Source: Antedon mediterranea
Taxonomy: Eukaryota > Animalia > Echinodermata
Direction of reading: 5' to 3'
NCBI RefSeq assembly: GCF_964355755.1
Contig: NC_092671.1
Coordinates: forward strand, 19,964,001 to 20,028,000
DNA: 64,000 bases
Part shown: positions 60,571 to 64,000 of the stretch, piece after piece
Position numbering within the stretch: position 1 is the stretch's first letter
Layout: each line of letters opens with the position of its first letter
Notes under the pieces: generated by a model
The model's database searches: none
Told to the model about the DNA's origin: nothing
The model's input: the letters and a program-made list of their open reading frames with translations, nothing else
Translations under genes and position numbers: made by a program

Positions 60571-61817
60571 TTAAATGGTTGGTGGAAAACCATGAACTAA
60601 TCTCCAATCCATTGACTCAAATGTAAAACACGTTTTAACACTTGATAAATGTAATGTTTATTGTACTTATTTCTAATCAGTAGGTTAATTTGTATAGTGC
60701 CATCGCGCGGGTCCTTTTTTGGACAGAAATGATAACGTGATAACTAATTGTTTGTTTAGAGGACATAATAATAAACCAAAGTTGTTATGTTGAATTTGAG
60801 CTACGATATCGGAACCGGTAATGCTTTGTTATAGATGTTTTTAGCTTTAGTTATGATACATTTAAAATTCGTGTCTCCTTCTTGCTCAGGCAGATTGGCA
60901 TTATGGCGAGGTCGTTTAGACTCGCCGCCTTGAGCATGGAGGGTTGGAGTGGCATGGATCGGAGCAGGTTGTCCTGGGTGTTCTGTGGCGCCCACCTTTG
61001 TGCCCTCACTCAGTTTGTTTGTTTGCATTGTTTATTTAAATTGTTATTTACTGATTATATCATTACGTTTACTGATTGTACAATGATTGTAGAAGTTATG
61101 ACGTGAACTTTAAGATTACTTCATAGTTATTTAATTTATTTAAGACATGCAGATTTGCATCATGTATCACACAGTTCGCTTCACGTCACATGGTGTGTTG
61201 TGCACATCTGAGCGGTCGTTCCGCTTGACGAAGCATAGATTACGTCATGTATGGTTGAGATACGTCATGTATGGTTGAGATACGTCATTGTTCTCTTCCT
61301 AAGATTAATGTTGTATTTACCTCAGTTTGAGGTTGCTTTGCTGATTGCTATACTTGTTTGTTTTCAGTAATTTACGGCTAGAGGCTAGAGACTAGAGGTT
61401 AGAGATATATGAAGAAATAAAGGCTGTAATACAGCATAAATGAGCCAGTAAATTTGTCGTCAGCGTTTCATTCTTAAGTACGTGTACTTACATTTATGAT
61501 ACCGGTAATGACCCTGGTTGTCATTGCAGCTAAATCTTTACAATTACTTGACCCATCGAGTATGAATTGCCACAATGACACAGCTTATTATGTATACCAA
61601 GAATTATAAGGAGAGAACAAAGATGCAGATGGTTATAACATTTTTTGGAATAAGTATATGATTAATTAGGTGCTGTTTGATACGTGAATAACTATAATTT
61701 TACAACATCGGGAAACACACGGCCAGTCTGTGGATCTTTTTTGGTCAGCCTGTAGTCCGAGGGCGCTAGACATTTGGCCAGCCTGTGGTACCGAGGGCGC
61801 TAGCATGAAACACACGG

Positions 61818-63028
61818 CAGAGCCATATATATAAAGAGTTACGACATTGGATTTAAGTCACGTGATATGCAGATCAATTTGTGTCAAACTTGTCTCCGTT
61901 AATGCATGTAAAGTATAGGAGCAAGAAATTACTTTAAACTTTTTCTTATATTAAAAAAAATGTAATTTTCCACATTTTACGGTGGAATATCGACGTGCAC
62001 AGCGTACAGAACCACTTGCGCCAAAGAATATTGCGCGCGCGTACGCTAGTACATTATAACGTTCGATTTATTGATTTTGGAACAAAACATCCCATAACTA
62101 CGTCCCATTAATAACAATTATGTAATATCAAAGAATATAAATAGGTAAAGAATCAACAGTACGCGCTGTTATACATAGAAGGATAGGAAACGCGGACGCT
62201 TATTCATGGACGCGTAAGAATCCAGCAGCCGAACGACGGCGGGCTCTAGATATGGTTCCCGTCTAATCCCACGTTTGGATGGATCGTGATGATCTGATGT
62301 TCTCGCGTCTGTGCTCAACTAATTTTGATATTATTAATATTTTAGATAATCATTTTGATAAATAATCATCGTTTGCATTTTTATAGATATTTACAATAAA
62401 AGTTTTAACTTACCCACGCCTGAAGGTGGCGCACTTCTTCTAGCGAAAAAGAAGTGCGCCACCTTCAGGCGTAGACAAATAGTAACCCGGATGTGGTTTA
62501 CACCGCCAACGGAACTGTTGTATCTTCTCCTTTTATTATCTTTGGTAATATTTTCAATTCATAATGCATGCTTTGATGACTAAATAAAATAATAAAGTGT
62601 CGTGGATATATTTGTTAATATATTGAATAGGTATGAACAATATTAAAATAATAAAGGCAAATTATTACAAATGAAATGATGAACGAGTCTCTGAAAGTTT
62701 GTGTCAAAAACACACAGAGAACCATATACTGTATAAAAAGAGGGGTGAATTTGTGTGTTTTTTGTATTGGTTCATGCTTTGATGTATCCTGACTTGCATG
62801 TAGGCCCTAGCATTTATTCTTTTGTTATTATAGACACAATATATATATGTTACCAAATTAATACCATTAATAACATTATTTACTAAAATAAAAACGGAAT
62901 CTAAGCGTTATTTCATTGACAACAAAATCTAAAAATAATGCATGGAACTACAGGAAAACGCTATACAAAAGAGACACAAAAATGGCTTCTAATTTTCAAT
63001 GTCGTAACTCTTTATATATATGGCTCTG
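61818..63028. mobile_element. young hAT- or P-superfamily non-autonomous element, 1211 bp
   Basis: Perfect 32-bp TIR cagagccatatatataaagagttacgacattg and perfect 8-bp TSD acacacgg. Confidence 0.85.
62416..62472. repeat. perfect 24-bp GC-rich inverted repeat, 9-nt loop
   Basis: acgcctgaaggtggcgcacttctt-ctagcgaaa-aagaagtgcgccaccttcaggcgt. Confidence 0.95.
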
Positions 63029-63138
63029 ACACACGGCCAGTCAGTGGTTCTTCTTTTGGTCAGCCTGTGGTCCGAGGGCGCTAAACATATCGGCCAGCCC
63101 GTGGTCCCGAGGGCGCTAGAGATAACTTTTCCAAAGTG

Positions 63139-63428
63139 AAAGCTTACGTTAGAACATTATAATATGTTAATTCGACGTTTATTACAATTGTTTGCCTATA
63201 TTCTTAATAATTGATTGTTCATTCTTCTAGAGTAAAAGCTAACGTAGAACATTTTATGTCAATTCGACGTTTATTACAATGGTTTGCATATATTCTTATA
63301 ATTGATTATTCATTGTTCTAGTGTAAAAGCTAACTTTAGAGCATATGTCAATTCAACAATTATTACAATGATTTGCATATATTCTTAAGTAATTGATTGT
63401 TCATTCTTCTGGGGTAAATGCTAACTTA
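63139..63428 (+). repeat. ~95-bp tandem repeat, three diverged units
   Basis: aaagct.acg..agaacatt..atgt.aattcgacgtttattacaat.gtttgc.tatattctta..attgatt.ttcatt.ttctag repeated. Confidence 0.8.
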
Positions 63429-63429
63429 A

Positions 63430-63765
63430 AGTTGTATTGTCCCTTTGAACACAAAAAATGAAGGTCAAAATATTCTAAATTTAAATTGGCCATATCAAAG
63501 TAATATTAAAGTTATTCACTTTAAGTTAAAAATTCGAGCCAAAAACAACAAGTTTACGTAATTAACAGGTAAATTAGTTTGATTAAATTTCGTCTGGAAA
63601 ATCATTCCGAGCGAAAGTAAACAAAGATTTCAAACCACGGGTATGAATTATGCATGATATGCTAATTAAGATTGTTTACAACTTGTCACGGTTGAGGAGA
63701 TGTTTTTACACATATCGCGCGAGAGAGGAAGTTTTATGATTATGCATATAATATAGCCAAACTGT
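63430..63765. mobile_element. second, inverted copy of the Kolobok-like MITE (other end not identified)
   Basis: TTAA|AGTTGTATTGTCCC...; ~330 bp reverse-complementary to 60240-60570. Confidence 0.75.
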
Positions 63766-64000
63766 ACGTAACGCGCGCCGCCGGCGCGGCCGGCAGTGTA
63801 TGCCTAGGCCTAGTTGCGGAACGAATTTTGTTTTAATGTATTCAAGAAACCCATAGATTTGTCGGTAAATATATTACTCTTTTTTACTTAGTTTCTCTCA
63901 AATAAAATGTATACTTGTGGCCTAGTTCAGATTCTCTAGGCTACTACTACTACTAAGCCTAGCTCTAAGCTGTAACTTGCACAGTACCTACCTAGGATAG

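Larger units (their letters stand above)
61712..63120 (+). repeat. ~95-bp tandem repeat interrupted by the 61818-63028 element
   Basis: acacacggccagtc.gtgg..ttggtcagcctgt.gtccgagggcgcta units on both sides of the insertion. Confidence 0.7.

Noticed and set aside
60801-61106. Overlapping short ORFs in a GC-rich patch
   Set aside because: No recognisable motif or splice context; probably a repeat fragment.
61196-61492. Possible solo LTR (TGTTG...TTACA with AATAAA and a 20-bp tandem duplication)
   Set aside because: No target-site duplication on the flanks, so it is not supported well enough to call.

Overview
AT-rich, intron-containing animal genomic DNA, probably from a marine invertebrate (inferred from the transposon repertoire; the species cannot be determined here). 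Manual splicing reconstructs two complete, tandem, minus-strand paralogous genes encoding atypical Notch-ligand-like type I membrane proteins. Gene A (19624->1815, 14 exons, 1273 aa): signal peptide, MNNL/C2 domain, a divergent six-Cys DSL domain, 23 mostly Ca-binding EGF repeats (19 in one 2184-nt exon), a ~100-aa SEA/ferredoxin-like juxtamembrane region, a TM helix and a short tail ending -ECRV. Gene B (53055->40494, 11 exons, 575 aa): the same exon phases and domain order, but only a two-Cys DSL stub, 6 EGFs and a tail ending -TSPV. The ~20-kb spacer and the region upstream of gene B are dense in decayed or non-autonomous mobile elements: BEL/Pao LTR, RTE and CR1/L2 LINE fragments, a SINE, Academ, Mutator/foldback, Kolobok, hAT/P-like, Tc1-like and Helentron-like elements. 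There is also a Penelope-type minimal hammerhead motif, three long perfect hairpins and a strongly over-represented palindrome TAGGCCTA. All gene models and family calls were made by eye without database searches.
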